DNA of 64,000 nt from Batkoa obscura (taxonomy: Eukaryota), in the NCBI GenBank assembly GCA_030770535.1, contig JASVEC010000024.1, positions 124,001 to 188,000 of the forward strand, written 5' to 3'. The position numbers and the translations under genes are program-made. The notes under the pieces were generated by a model that was not told the origin of the DNA, did no database searches, and saw only the letters and a program-made list of their open reading frames with translations. This document shows positions 1 to 13,040 of this stretch, piece after piece (position 1 is the first letter of the stretch; each line of letters begins with the position of its first letter).

Positions 1-240
1 ATTATATGTTTGTCTATTTAAACCTCTTGTACGTATATCATCTAGTATTGAAGTCACGCTAGGATTCCTTTGGTTTCCTGAAGATAAGTATGGATGAGTT
101 GCGCTTGTTCTGGACCTATCTCTAGAATTATTTCTAGATGGCCTTTGGGGCCCACCTGACCCTTGGTTTGAATCTTGTCTAGAATTTGAATCATTGTTTT
201 CTTCTTCACGTTCGCCTAAGCCTGAAAAAGTTTGACCCAT
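1..240 (-). CDS. 5' part of a protein running off the left edge; MGQxxS N-myristoylation-like start
   Basis: Open frame from ATG at 240 to position 1: MGQTFSGLGEREEENNDSNSRQDSNQGSGGPQRPSR...; GC higher than the flanking intergenic DNA. Confidence 0.6.
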   Translation of the reverse strand, partial: MGQTFSGLGEREEENNDSNSRQDSNQGSGGPQRPSRNNSRDRSRTSATHPYLSSGNQRNPSVTSILDDIRTRGLNRQTYN

Positions 241-1840
241 AATGAACTTATATGAACTAAAATATGCCTTTTATTAATTTAAATATACACTCGAACGATA
301 TATAGGTTTATGAAGGATGTAAATTAGTAGCATAGAGGGTAATAAACTCACTTTAAATTTTTATGTGGGGGATTGTATTTAAAAAGTTTATAAAATATAA
401 TGACTACCATTGTTTAAATACATGCCTTTATGTATCTGATTGGTTTAAGCAATTTTTAAAGTTCAAACCTTCCAATCATATTCATATCTATATCACATTT
501 ATGCTTTATTGAATCTCATTAAATTATGCCTAAAATAATTTTAGCTGTCATGAATCAAATCAAGCTAAAAATTGTTGCAGCTCTTTTGTGACTTCATTAA
601 TTTCTCATTTGAAAAATAAACTTATCAAATTCAGTTAAAATACACAAAACCTATGTTTAAAAATTAGCCATACAAATATTTTAATTACAAAAACCACTGC
701 TAAAAAATTTGAGCAAGAGTTGTATCAGCTGAAAAGTCATATTTCTATAAACCTATTTTGTCTGTGTTTGTAATTTGCTATATAAAAAGCTTGCATCATT
801 TTAATAAATATCGATTTTTTATGAGAATAGCTAATCTTTTATATTGCTTAGTTAAGAAAATACATAGATAGTAAGATTATTAATAACATATAATTTAAAA
901 TCCATACATTGATTTTATATTATATTATTAAAACAGATATTTAAGAACGAGTGTTTTAGCAGAAATGGATGAATTTGTTAACGTATATGCTATTAAGATA
1001 TTTGAAAATAAAAGTTGATATTTTAATGAAGAACCATAGTTACTAACTCTTGATTAAAATTTATTTAATCGTTTAGGATGAATAAGCAAGTTACTTTGTC
1101 GTCGAAAATAATTGTTTAGATCAGCTTTAAAAGCAGTACAGTATTAATATATCATATCTAAAAAAACCAAAAGGCTTAGTTGTAATCTCATCTAATGTTT
1201 TTGATTTCAATTACAACAAACCATACGATATTATGTGATAAAATGGTCTTTTTCTTTTATGTATAAAAATAATTTTATTATTTTTTTCATTTCTATTACT
1301 AATACACAATTATCTATTTTCACGAAAATAAAATATTTGGCATACATTTCAATTAAGTGAAGATCTTGATAAAGTGGAAAGATACTTGCAGCATTTTTAA
1401 ATAAAATATAATAACTAAATAGCAATAATACTTATTAAAAAATTCCACTAATAAAAAATAAAGCTATAAGATAAGGTTATTCAATACATATAGTATTATA
1501 AATTTTATAGTATTTTTAAAAATTTTATAATTATTTTAAATTTGAAACATTTTAATTAATTTTAGTTTTATTACTTTTTTATTTTCTTACACAGTTCTTA
1601 AAAGTAAATAAATTAATATAACAACTTTATATATTAATAATTAAATTATTATAATCATATTTATTTTAGTAATTTTTAAATATAAATAAAATAAATAAAA
1701 AATGTAAAGATTATTTATAAATTTTATAAAGTCTATTTAAAGTTTCAAATCAGTATTTAAAATTATATACTATAGGACGTGAAAAATGTTATAAAATTTT
1801 TATCAGTTAAAAAGCTGATTTATCATAATAAACCAAACAT

Positions 1841-2052
1841 TATATGGGGATGTATTTTGTGTTTAAGAATTAGACTAATAGTTTTTCCGCTCAAATAGTG
1901 CTTAAAAGCTAAAAAAGTGATGAAGCTAAAAAAACTTTCATATTTTCATATGGTAAAAGTTTTTTAGCTTCATCACTTTTTTAGCTTTTAAGCACTATTT
2001 GAGCGGAAAAACTATTAGTCTAATTCTTAAACACAAAATACATCCCCATATA
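1841..2052. repeat. Perfect inverted repeat (93-bp arms 1841-1933 and 1960-2052, 26-bp spacer) built from two inverted copies of the MITE-like element
   Basis: The left arm TATATGGGGATGTATTTTGTG...GAAGCTAAAAAA is the exact reverse complement of 1960-2052. Confidence 0.95.
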
Positions 2053-2170
2053 TATAATATAAAACAAAAAGGAGTAAAGAGGGCAAAAGCCAATTATTTA
2101 CCTTCAAAAATTAGTCAAAAGGATAAGATACTTAACTATTTTATTTGTATAGATATTTGACAGTCAAACT

Positions 2171-2279
2171 TATATTGGGATGTATTTTGTGTTTAAGAAT
2201 TTTACTAACAAATTTTCCGTTCAAGTGTTCAAATAGTGCTTAAAATGGAAAAGTAATGAGGTTAAAATACTCCCATATA
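2171..2279 (+). mobile_element. MITE-like ~105-bp element copy
   Basis: TATATTGGGATGTATTTTGTGTTTAAGAATTTTACTAAC...AATACTCCCATATA matches the family consensus. Confidence 0.85.
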
Positions 2280-3319
2280 TTAGCTAAAATATTTGAATAA
2301 GAACAATTATTTAGTCTGAGCTAAAAAATCAACTAGTAATAAATTTAAAGTGTTAGCTAGTAATTTAAGTTAACTCTAAAATCCTTATAGAAACTATTAT
2401 TTTTTTAATAAAAAAAGGTATATCTCGAATATTCACCATTAACCACTTTTAGAGCCATAGTTAGATCTGATTATAATTAGGAGCTATAGTGGTAAGGTTT
2501 TATAGAATTTGAGCTTTAAAAATATTATGAATTGTATAGTATTATATGTGTTAAATAACCTTACCTTTTATAGCTTCATTTTTTACTAATAGAATTTTTT
2601 AACAAGTATTGTTGTTATTATATTAATACAAGAATACTTAAAACAACTCTTTGCTTCATTAAGATCTCTGCTTGATTGAGATTTATATTAAAACCAGTTA
2701 AATTTTTATATCCAATTACATTTAAACATTCAAAAGTTAAAGTAAGAATTGTATACTTTGAATATTTGATAAATACATGTAATATAAAACAAAAATCTAA
2801 AAATAGGTAATGATAAATGCATGTCCAAGTGAAAGTGTTTGGTAACAATGCTTGGTAAAGACTTGTCTAATTTTAAAATACTTCAAAAAAACCGTAAATT
2901 AGATTAAAAAACAATTGTGGCTTATTTTTTAAAGGATTAGCACTTTACTTCAGATTTAAAAAAAGTAACTAATTTTAGATAAAATTTTAGTGCTAGTAGT
3001 ATTAGTATTAGTATTAGGAGTAAAGTTAGTATTAATTTTAGCATCTTTATTTTAAAATTTGTCACCTGTTTATTTATGAAATAAGAGTTAATTCTTGATT
3101 TTTTTTTTACTAAAACATTAGCTTAGTTAAATAATTCATTTATCTTATACATACCTTTAAAGTTAACTTGGCTTCTGTTTCAGAAAGTAATATTTCCATC
3201 ACTGTTTGGAAATTGGATGTTAAAAAACGGATCATAGTGTTGTAAATATTAAATAAAATAATATTTAGCATTAAGGATCAACAGTATATAAACTAAATCG
3301 TTAAGTCATTAAAATTTAA

Positions 3320-4189
3320 ATGTCGATTATTTCTTCAAAAGCAAAACAGTCATTAAAAATAGTAAAAAAGTACCGACCATGGATTAACAAAAAAGAAATT
3401 CTATATACCGTACCTGCTATATTATGGTTATTAATGAATATATATTTTGTTTACTTGGGTATCTCGGTAGCAGATAAAGTGAATCGATTCAATTATTTAC
3501 CAAAAGATCAAAAGATATTATTGATCGATCCATTATTAGAAGCTCTCTCTGAAGAATTCAAACAAACTACGCTACCAAAAGATATATCAGATATATTAGT
3601 AAGGGTTGCACTTTTATTAGTTATTGCAAGGATGATTTTAGGTGGGAAAATAACTTTATTGTTAGCACGAAGGCTATCCTATTTAATAGGATTTCTTTAT
3701 TTGTTAAGAATTCCGTTTATGATGATGACTTTATTTCCAAATCCTTTATTGGACTGTATTCCTGATATAAATCCAAATATTTTTGAAAATAGCCTTGAGT
3801 TGTTATTTCAGCAGAAAGCGTCTTGTGGAGACTTAATGTTCTCTGGTCATACCGTTATGTTTATGATATCTTCTTTAGTTTGGATAGATTACCCGGTTGC
3901 AAAAATGGGGATAGCAAGGATACTTATTACAGTTATAATTTTAACATATGGTATACTTAGTATATTAAGTTTAATTGCATCTTCTTATCATTATACTATT
4001 GATGTTGTAGTATCCGTTATTATGTGTTTGACTACTTGGAAGTTATATCATTTCCTTGTCCAAAGTAAATACTTTGATGATACCTGGTATGGTAGATTTT
4101 TCTTATTTATTGATCAAGAGCAATATATGTTACTGTATAAAAAACACAATCATATATTACCCATGTATCACAATACTCTAGCTAGTTAA
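3320..4189 (+). CDS. Sphingomyelin synthase / IPC synthase-like (PAP2 superfamily) membrane protein, intronless
   Basis: Family motifs CGDLMFSGHT and HYTIDV; several hydrophobic helices. Confidence 0.85.
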   Translation: MSIISSKAKQSLKIVKKYRPWINKKEILYTVPAILWLLMNIYFVYLGISVADKVNRFNYLPKDQKILLIDPLLEALSEEFKQTTLPKDISDILVRVALLLVIARMILGGKITLLLARRLSYLIGFLYLLRIPFMMMTLFPNPLLDCIPDINPNIFENSLELLFQQKASCGDLMFSGHTVMFMISSLVWIDYPVAKMGIARILITVIILTYGILSILSLIASSYHYTIDVVVSVIMCLTTWKLYHFLVQSKYFDDTWYGRFFLFIDQEQYMLLYKKHNHILPMYHNTLAS

Positions 4190-4620
4190 GATAGCTCATA
4201 TAAAAGGAGGTAGTTATAAATTAAAATTGATAGATACAATAGGGAACCTTAGCTAATATTTAGAATTATCTTTTATTGACAAATAGGGTTTTATGAGATT
4301 TTTGTAGTTCTAATGTAAATGCGTGTTCCCTAAAGCGATTTTAATTATGCCATATTTATCATAATGTGAAGTTATAAGTGTAATTTCATACATTATCTAA
4401 TTTCGCCCATTTGTTTTTTAAGGAGCTTTAAAAGCAGTCATAATGTTCTAAAAATAAAATCATTGGCTAAAAATAGTTTTTGATTCAATCAGAAGTGATT
4501 GAATTGATTAGAGGAATGAGGCTCTAAAAGGACTCGAAGCAAAGTCATGAAACTAATCTCTTTTATAATTAATTTGAATAGTAATAAAAACAGTTTGTAA
4601 AATATAATTTAATATAATTA

Positions 4621-5897
4621 ATGTATAACAATAATCAAAATCATAATAATAACCATCATAATTATAATAATGGTTATTCAAATCAACCTTATTCTTCTCA
4701 TCATGAAGAATATATAATGACTAGTAAAGATGAGCAAAATAATTATTACACAGCTCCAGCAAACGCACCACTTCCTTCTCATGTCAAAAGTGCAAGAATA
4801 TCTCAAAGTCCATTGATCAATCCAGAAAGTTTAACACCAAATAGAATATTTAAAAGTAATAACACTTCTTACCGCCCTTATTTTACTTATATTGTTACTT
4901 TGGCTCAAGTTGCAGTTTTTATTTATCAATTAGTAAATATGTATAACTTAACTGGTTCTGTTATTCAAACACAACCCTTTTTTAATTATTTAATTGGTCC
5001 TTCACCTGAAGTAATTAGTTTTTTAGTTTATTATTAATATAGTTCAATAATTGTATTGATTTAGGTATTAATTAACCAAGGAGCACGTTTTATCCCGTGT
5101 ATGAAACCTGACTTAGAAACTAAAGCACAATTTCCATGCCCAACCACATCAAGTTCTTTAACACCATCCAGTTGTAGTTTACAAGATTTATGTGGGATAT
5201 CTACTTTTAGTAATAATATTCCAGATCAATGGTACCGATTCATTACCCCAATCTTTTTGCATGGTGGTGTTGTTCATATCTTATTAAATTTATTATCTCA
5301 AATGTCCATATCTTCTAATTTAGAAGCCAAATATGGACCATTTCGATTATTTTTTGTTTATTTTGCTTCAGGTATTGGGGGTAATTTATTAGGGTCTAAC
5401 TTAGCTTTAACTAAAACTTGTAAGTTTTTTATATTTAATAGTTTATACTTTATAGTAATATTAATTTTATAGCTTCTGTTGGTGCTTCTGGTGCTATTTT
5501 TGGATTAATTGCATGTGATTTATTAGATCTATTATTATATTGGGATCATGTATTATCTCCATGGTGTGAATTATTAAAAGTTGTATTATGTATTATAGTA
5601 TCATTTGCTTTAGGACTTATTCCCATAGTAGATAATTTTGCTCATATTGGTGGGTTTGTAACTGGATTATTAGCAGGTGGTACTGTTATGTTATCTCATC
5701 GTCATCCTACTTCTAAACGTAAAGTCACTTGGGGATTTCTTATTTTTATGATGGTATTATCATTAATACTTTTAATTGTATTTTATTATTTTACAATTAA
5801 TGGATTTTATACTCAAAATTGGCTACAAAATTGCCCAAATTGCAAATATTTGAATTGTGTACCAATTGCTGGATTATGCGATAAGTTTTCAGTTTAA
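4621..5897 (+). CDS. Rhomboid intramembrane serine protease (exons ~4621-5010, 5065-5419, 5473-5897)
   Basis: PDQWYRFITPIFLHGG..H, catalytic SVGASGA and DNFAHIGG motifs are joined in frame by GT-AG introns. Confidence 0.9.
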
Positions 5898-5991
5898 ATT
5901 CAAATTCAAGTAATTAACATAAAAATGAGAATAATAATAAATAATATAATATAATATAATATTTTATTTTAATCTTTTAAATTTTTAATAT

Positions 5992-8900
5992 TTAAAGATA
6001 ATGATTTCTTTTTTAATCTAGTAGCTTGTTTAACTAAATTACTTTTTAATAAATTCTTATCCATTTTAGTATAATTGGAATTATTTAGGACATTTTCAAT
6101 TTGTAATAAAATTTTATTGTCATCTTCATCTAATAATAAAAATAAAGAATTAATAAATAAATATTAATTAGTCAATTACCTTCAACCATCATTTGATGTA
6201 ATTGATTTTTTAATTGAGTTATTGGTATTTCTAATGTAGATTCTCTAGAAGTTTCCATTATCTCTTCATTCTTTAATTCTTTTATATCCTCTTTTTTTCC
6301 CCTTATATTGTCCTCTTTTTCATCCTCGTTTTTATTTTCTTTCTTTAATTCGTACTTTTCTTGTTTACTTTCTGTTGATAAAGTAATTAAATTGTCCATA
6401 TTATTTTTATTGTCCTCATTTCCAATCTCATCTTTTTCATTTAATTTGTTTTCATCAACTTGTATTAATTCTTCCAAGCTCTCATTTAACGTCGCCAGTT
6501 TCTCCTCTGTTATTAAAGGGGATAGCACAGGTACTTCTGGATTTTTCAAATACTTATCCGATGGTGAAGCTAGGCCATCCGTTTCTAAATCTAATGAATA
6601 TTCGGATCCAAATTCCGTTTCTGATACTAAATCTAAGGATTCCACATCAAACAGTTTTGGTAATTTAAAAGATAATTGTTGAGTGGAATTCGAAGTTATT
6701 GAACGTCTACGGATTTTGACACTTTTTCTCTTTTTTTCTTGAATTTCATTAATACTACGTACTCCCATAGCAAAATTACCATCCGGCACAGGTGTATATT
6801 TATTTCTCTATAGTAAAAATAGTTAAATTGAATTAACAATATTAAATTTTATTAAATTTATAATTGAATTAAGGAAAACTTACAAATAAATTACCAAATG
6901 CATTTTCTTTTCTTTTTCTAGCTTGTTCTTCTGTTTCAATAGCATTTCTTAATCGTTGACTTTCTACTCTTTCCTCATCAAATTGCGCTAATGATTCATC
7001 AAATTTACTAATTAAATTAGGTATAAAAGCTAATAAAGAAAAGAATCTATTAAATTTATAATTTCACATGAATCAATTTTTTAAAACTTACGAAATTCAG
7101 GTCCAACAATAGGTGCTTCTGCTCCTGACATAGCTAATTTAAATAACAATTTTTCTCGATATAATGAAGATAATATTTTTTCTCTTGAAATTTTATTTAT
7201 ATCTTCAATAAAGCTTAATGGCATTGGTTTAATCATTTCACTTGCTCTTAACGTAATCTTCTCATTACGCTTATAATATTCTTCAATTGCCTAAAATAAG
7301 ATTTTATTTATTTGTTTTTGTATTGTAGTAGAATATTTATAAATTACTCTCTTAGTTACTTCTTTTAATTTAATATGCAAATGGGTTTCCGATGGTTTAA
7401 CTGGAGTGTATGAAGGTAAATAAATATTAAAATAATAAATTAGAATAGTTTCATAGTGCTAATTAAATTTAATATAATTAATTAGTTATAATAGAGTTAT
7501 AATAGAATAAATAAATTTACTTGTTGATAATAACTTGGACATTTGACCATGAATTTTCTAGCTTCTTCTTCCCATTTCTTCATAGCATTACGATTAGGTT
7601 CATATAAATTAGTTCTTGGTACAAGACCTTATAATAAATTTATAAATTTATATTTTTTATTTACAATTAATTTTATATACAAAATAAATTATATTATTAC
7701 TTACTTAATACTTTAAATAGCTCTTTAAAATTAAAACCTAAAATAATTAGAAATGCTTCATATTTAAATTGTGGTTTAGTAAATTGAAATTTTTGATATC
7801 CTCCTTTTGAACTATCATAATTAGGTGCCATTCGACTTAAATAGCCAATTATGGGATAATCTTCATATTTAGAACTTCCACTGACATAAATCTAAATTAA
7901 ATAAAATTATTATTATTATTATATTTATTAATTCGATTATTTAATTAAAGTTGAAATATTACTGGCCAACAATCTTCTAATTTGGTATTATCAATAAATT
8001 CTTCCACTAGACTGGACCTTGGTAAAACATATGAATCATATGGATACCTTGCATCTGGAGCTATTGCTTCCATTTTTTTCTTTTCATAAGTTAACGTAGG
8101 AATAGCTTTTCTTACTAACTAATATAATATACTTTAATCATTTCTTATTATTTTACTATTTTATTATAATAAATAATTTACCCAATTAGGCATCATATTA
8201 TCATGCCATTGATCATCAGGAATTGGATGAGGATATTGTCCAATGTGATTATTTCGATGAAAATGAATAATTTGTAAACAATTTTTTCGATCTTGAGGAT
8301 CTTTAATTATATTAATTATTAATTTGTACTATTATTATTTATTATTTATTATCATTATAAAATTAACTTACTATCTTTATCAATAAAATCAACTAATAAA
8401 CCATGATCCAATAACTTATTAGTTCTTCTATACTCGTATTTAATTTGTTCAATTTGAGAAGTTAAACAAGCTTTTAAATCCATCATGCTACTTAATGTTG
8501 TTACTGAACCTATTATTTTTGAATTACAATTAGTACCATTTTAAAAATTAATAACAATAACTGATAATTCACCTCCTCTAGGAATAGCAAACTTCTCCAA
8601 ACATTCTTTGTAATGTCCTTTTTCTAAATTATGCCATTTCAACTGAAATATAGAAAATCGCATATCCGCAAAGAAGTCACCTTCATAATAATTACTTCCT
8701 GGTACATTAATACCATTGATTTCATTTCGGAAATTCTAAAAAATAAACAGGAAGGTACGAATGAATTACTTTAATACGAAATGTGTAACTTTCAATAATT
8801 ACCAAATCCCCATCATTTAAAGGTAATGGTGGCCCATAACCTGTAAAAAAAGCAGTAAATGAACGGGTTTTACTATAAGGTGCACGGCCCTAAAAGTATT

Positions 8901-9471
8901 ATTATTGTTCCTTTCTTTTTCTTATTGTACTAAGCTTGTGATTGATTTATACTTACCTCCCCCAATTTTTCAAACCCATATCTTAATCGAAATAATAATG
9001 CATATTCATAAGCTGCTTTTAAAGCTGCTTTTAAATTAAATGTATCTTTAGCTTCCACTTTAAATAATTTTTTAAAAAATTCTTTTAATCCATAATCATA
9101 GATCGTTCTAGACTAAAAGAATTAAAATTTAATTTTGATATTTTATTTTAAAATTGAAATTGAAATTGAAATCTATTGTTTACCTGTATATAAATAGGTT
9201 CTTCTTGAAATGTAACTAATACTACTTGAATATCTGAAGCTTTGGAAAATAAATGACCTTTTTCCTAATAACAAAATAGCTTCCAGTAAATAATCTTAAT
9301 TTTAAAACTGAACACTTAATTTACAGTAAATAAAAATTTAATCACTCTTTTAGAAGCATCTAAAGCAGACATACTATGTCCAAAATATTGATACATTCCC
9401 GGACTCGTATCCAAGATAAATATAGCTAACAAATCAGGCGCTTTGTCTTCACCTCGTGGCTTTTCACTCAT
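5992..9471 (-). CDS. INTS6: Integrator complex subunit 6 (INTS6/DDX26)-like, multi-exon
   Basis: N-terminal vWA start IFILDTSPGM...ALDASK; LVTFQEEP; YPYDSYVL; CWPIYVSGSSKY (cf. human CWQVYVSNSAKY); AFGNLF; C-terminal LVKQATRLKR (cf. IKEASRFKK). Confidence 0.75.
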
Positions 9472-9705
9472 TATTTTGGAATGGGAAGTTTAAATTGTTA
9501 AAAAAGATAAATTTCTTTTGACTGGTTTTTTTTAGATAATTTTTTCAAGTGATTTCTATTAGTAATAATTTCCTTTTTAGGTTAATCTAATATCAATGAC
9601 GCCAGAAGCATTTGAGAGAATTTCAATTTCTTAACATGAAAAGTATTTAAATTTTGATTCCTTTCTTTTATTTTCTTATCATTTTTAGACAATTGAAATT
9701 AAATA

Positions 9706-11201
9706 ATGACAATCCCAATGCACTCTTCAGTTAATTATAATACATTCGGAAATACAAACGCAGATATAATAAATATAAGTACTTATAAACCGAGTATAAC
9801 TTTGGATGGGAAAATAATAACCATTTTATTTAACTTTTATAAAATTATATTCACTATAATATCCATCTTCGAGCCCATATTCGAACTTTATTATCCGTTA
9901 ATAGTATGTTATTATTCAAAAAGAAAAGTAAGTTTTATTATAATAACTAATTTTCATCGATAGTAAATAGTTTCAATTTAATATCTAGCTTTCTACTCAA
10001 GGTAATTAACACCTTTTAATTATTAACTCATATAATAATCTCAATAATTTCATTTTTAGATTCTCAATCTTTATTAACTTTCATAATAAATAATCAGTTA
10101 TTATTTAACTGTTTAAAACCAATGATGAGAATTAGAAATAAGGAAGAGGAAGATAATACGAATGGACTTTCTTTATTAGCTACTGTTATGATAGCTATGG
10201 GATTCTCTATAGTTTTAGGATTTAGTTTTTGGTTCTTATTCGAAGAAAGGGATTCAGTGGGAAGTATGATCGTTTTTGGGACTTTAGTAATTCAATGGTT
10301 ATATCAATCAAGTAAGAAGTGTTTAAATGAAAATGGTAAGGTTTTATAATTAGTTTCTATTTATATAGTATATATTTAATAATTATTATTCTTAGATAAT
10401 CAACAAGAGCTATTTTTTTTAACATTATTTTCAGTTTTAATTAATGGGACATTAATTTCTATTATGCTCGAAAGTTTTCATTGGAATTTAATAGGCTTTA
10501 CAACAATTTATGTGACATTGTATTTAGTCAATTTGAGTATTTTGTTGCTATATATTTATATTGAAAATTATTTCATTTTAAAAAAAATCTTAGTGAATTA
10601 TGAAGGTATCAAATCAATAATTAGTAGGAATAAGAGTGGTAATTTACTTTTTATTCAATAATAATGAATATTTATTAATTTTGTTTATTAACAGTATTAA
10701 TAGCTTCAATAAATAATTATTTAAATTATCTCATTATTAATAGTACATTAATAATAACAGAAACAATGAATCAAAATTTCAATTTATTACACCAATATTT
10801 AATTTTTACAATTTGGTTGAATGAAATAATGACAATTAAATATTCCGCTATTAAACATCAGTTAGTTTTATTTTACATTTATTTTACAATAACAGTCACT
10901 TATTTTAATTTAAATTTAATTAATTATTTGATTTTTTTACCTTGGTTAATTACTTTAGTAAGTTAACTATTTATTTAAGATAAAATAAAATTGATTTTTA
11001 TATTAGTATTTCAATACCAAATCTATAACTGATATTAGTCTACCATGGTATTTTAAATTAAGCGAAACTTTATTATCCCTATTATTCCTTCTTTTTATAA
11101 ATATTTCAATAATTTATTATTATCTAAGTCAAAATTTTATACTCATCTGGCTTTATCTAGGTTTTTATTCTATACTCTACTATTTAATTAATAATGTTTA
11201 A
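9706..11201 (+). CDS. Hypothetical multi-pass membrane protein, multi-exon (boundaries approximate)
   Basis: Series of same-strand hydrophobic open frames (9706, 10122, 10464, 10766, 11007-11201) separated by GT..AG intron-like gaps; family not recognised. Confidence 0.45.
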
Positions 11202-11301
11202 CATTAATGACAGTAAATAAAGAATAATTCTTTTGAATTTTTATTTTTTATTCATTTTTAACAATCATATATATTTAACTATTATCATTTTATATATTTT
11301 T

Positions 11302-12871
11302 TTAAAAATAAAGTTTAACTAACTCATCGGATACACCAGAAGGTGTTAATACACCTAAATCCGTCACTAATAAAGATATGTATGATGGTGGTGTATAATC
11401 TAAACTTGGAGTTTTAACCTAAATAAATTTTATTAATAAATTTTAATTTAATAGTATTTTAAATAATAAATAGTTTATATAAAGATAATTATTAATTTAA
11501 AATTCAAACTAGATAAACTAAATTACTCACCATAATCCCGGTAATATCTGTATGATCTATATGATCACTTTTAATAATTTCAGAATAAGCTCGAATTTCA
11601 GGTAAATTTAATGGCACCTCCGATTGATTTAATGGAAATAATCGTACAAATTTAAAGCTAATTAATAATAATAAAATTAATATAAAGTATCTAAAAATTC
11701 CTCTTGTCTTTTTCCATTATAAATTCAATTCACTTACCTTTCAGCCAAGCAGTAAAAAGGCACATTATTAGCTTTAGCAATAATGGATAATTGATATGTT
11801 CCTACCTAAATTAATTAAAAAAATATTAACTCTATTGAAACAAAACTTTATATCATGTTTTTTTTACTTGATTAATTAACCCTCCATTTTCAACTACACC
11901 TTCCGCCCCAACTAATACTAAATCCACTTGATCCATAATGTATCCTACACCAACATCAAGTATTAATGTTGCATTGATACCAGCTTCGGTCAATGCTTTA
12001 ACAGCTGAATAGCTATCAATAAATAACAGAATAAGTTAAATAAAATTAACATATTATTCAAAAAAATTAAAACAATATTAAGAGTACTTACCCAGCGGAG
12101 GTGGGTCTCGATTCCGTGACATAAACTTTAAATCTTTTTTTCAAACTTAAAGCTAATTGTAAAGCGGACATAACCACTCTTGAAAAGGAATGAATTAAGA
12201 TAACCTATAATAATCAATTATGTTAATAAACTTAATCCTTCTATTTTTCTCTTCTATTTCCTTTCTTTCTTTCTTCACTTTTGTTTCCTTTCAAAAAAAA
12301 ATAACTACTTTAAAATAAAATCAACTTACCGAATCATCTTTAATAAATTGAATGGCCAAATTAGCAATTCTATCTCTACAAGTAGCTGCTTTATTACAAA
12401 ATTGATTTCCTCTATTAATCAAATGCGCTTTAAATAAAGAAAACTCTGTAAATCCAGGTGAACTACGTGTAATAAATCGTTGAAATAAATCACAGCCTGC
12501 AGAAACTGGGATAGTATTACAAAATGGTACCGTTTTGAGTTGGGAAATTACATTTTCAAGGGTGTTCATTAATTCAGACATAGTGAGGGCTAAAAAAATA
12601 AGTCAAAAAGTAAGTGGATAAGTTTTATGTGAATTACCTGTATCCTTTTCGATAACTTCGATCAACACTTTGATGGCCGCGACTGGGATAGCAAATTGCT
12701 ATGGATAAAATTAGTATATTATTGAAGAATTGGGAATTCTATCTATTTTACTAATTCATTTTTTAGCAAATATTCAAATCTCTCAATGAAATTGAAGGGG
12801 TTATCTAAGAAAAATCGGTTAGTTTATTGTGTTTATACTAATTAATATTAAAATTTACCTATAGTGGACAT
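11302..12871 (-). CDS. GCN3: Translation initiation factor eIF2B alpha subunit, multi-exon
   Basis: [70 protein letters not shown]. Confidence 0.9.
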
Positions 12872-13040
12872 CTTTTTTTAAATAATTTTACTATTTTATT
12901 TCTATTTTATTTTTTAAAAGCGATTCAGCTCAACTTTTTTGCAATTGGATTCAGCATGATGAATAAAAATTGCAAAGCTTAAAAAATAAGATGTGGAAAA
13001 CGTAATTAAAAAATGAGCAAGGGAGATTTTTTTGTAAATT

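Noticed and set aside
1490..1800. Scattered AATTTTATAA-type repeats suggesting an old inverted-repeat element
   Set aside because: Not distinguishable by eye from chance in extremely AT-rich DNA.
1231..2848. Short ORFs 1231-1425 and 2618-2848
   Set aside because: Non-ATG starts in very AT-rich intergenic DNA; chance ORFs.
6308..6682. Ser/Phe-rich plus-strand ORF
   Set aside because: Shadow of a charged INTS6 exon.
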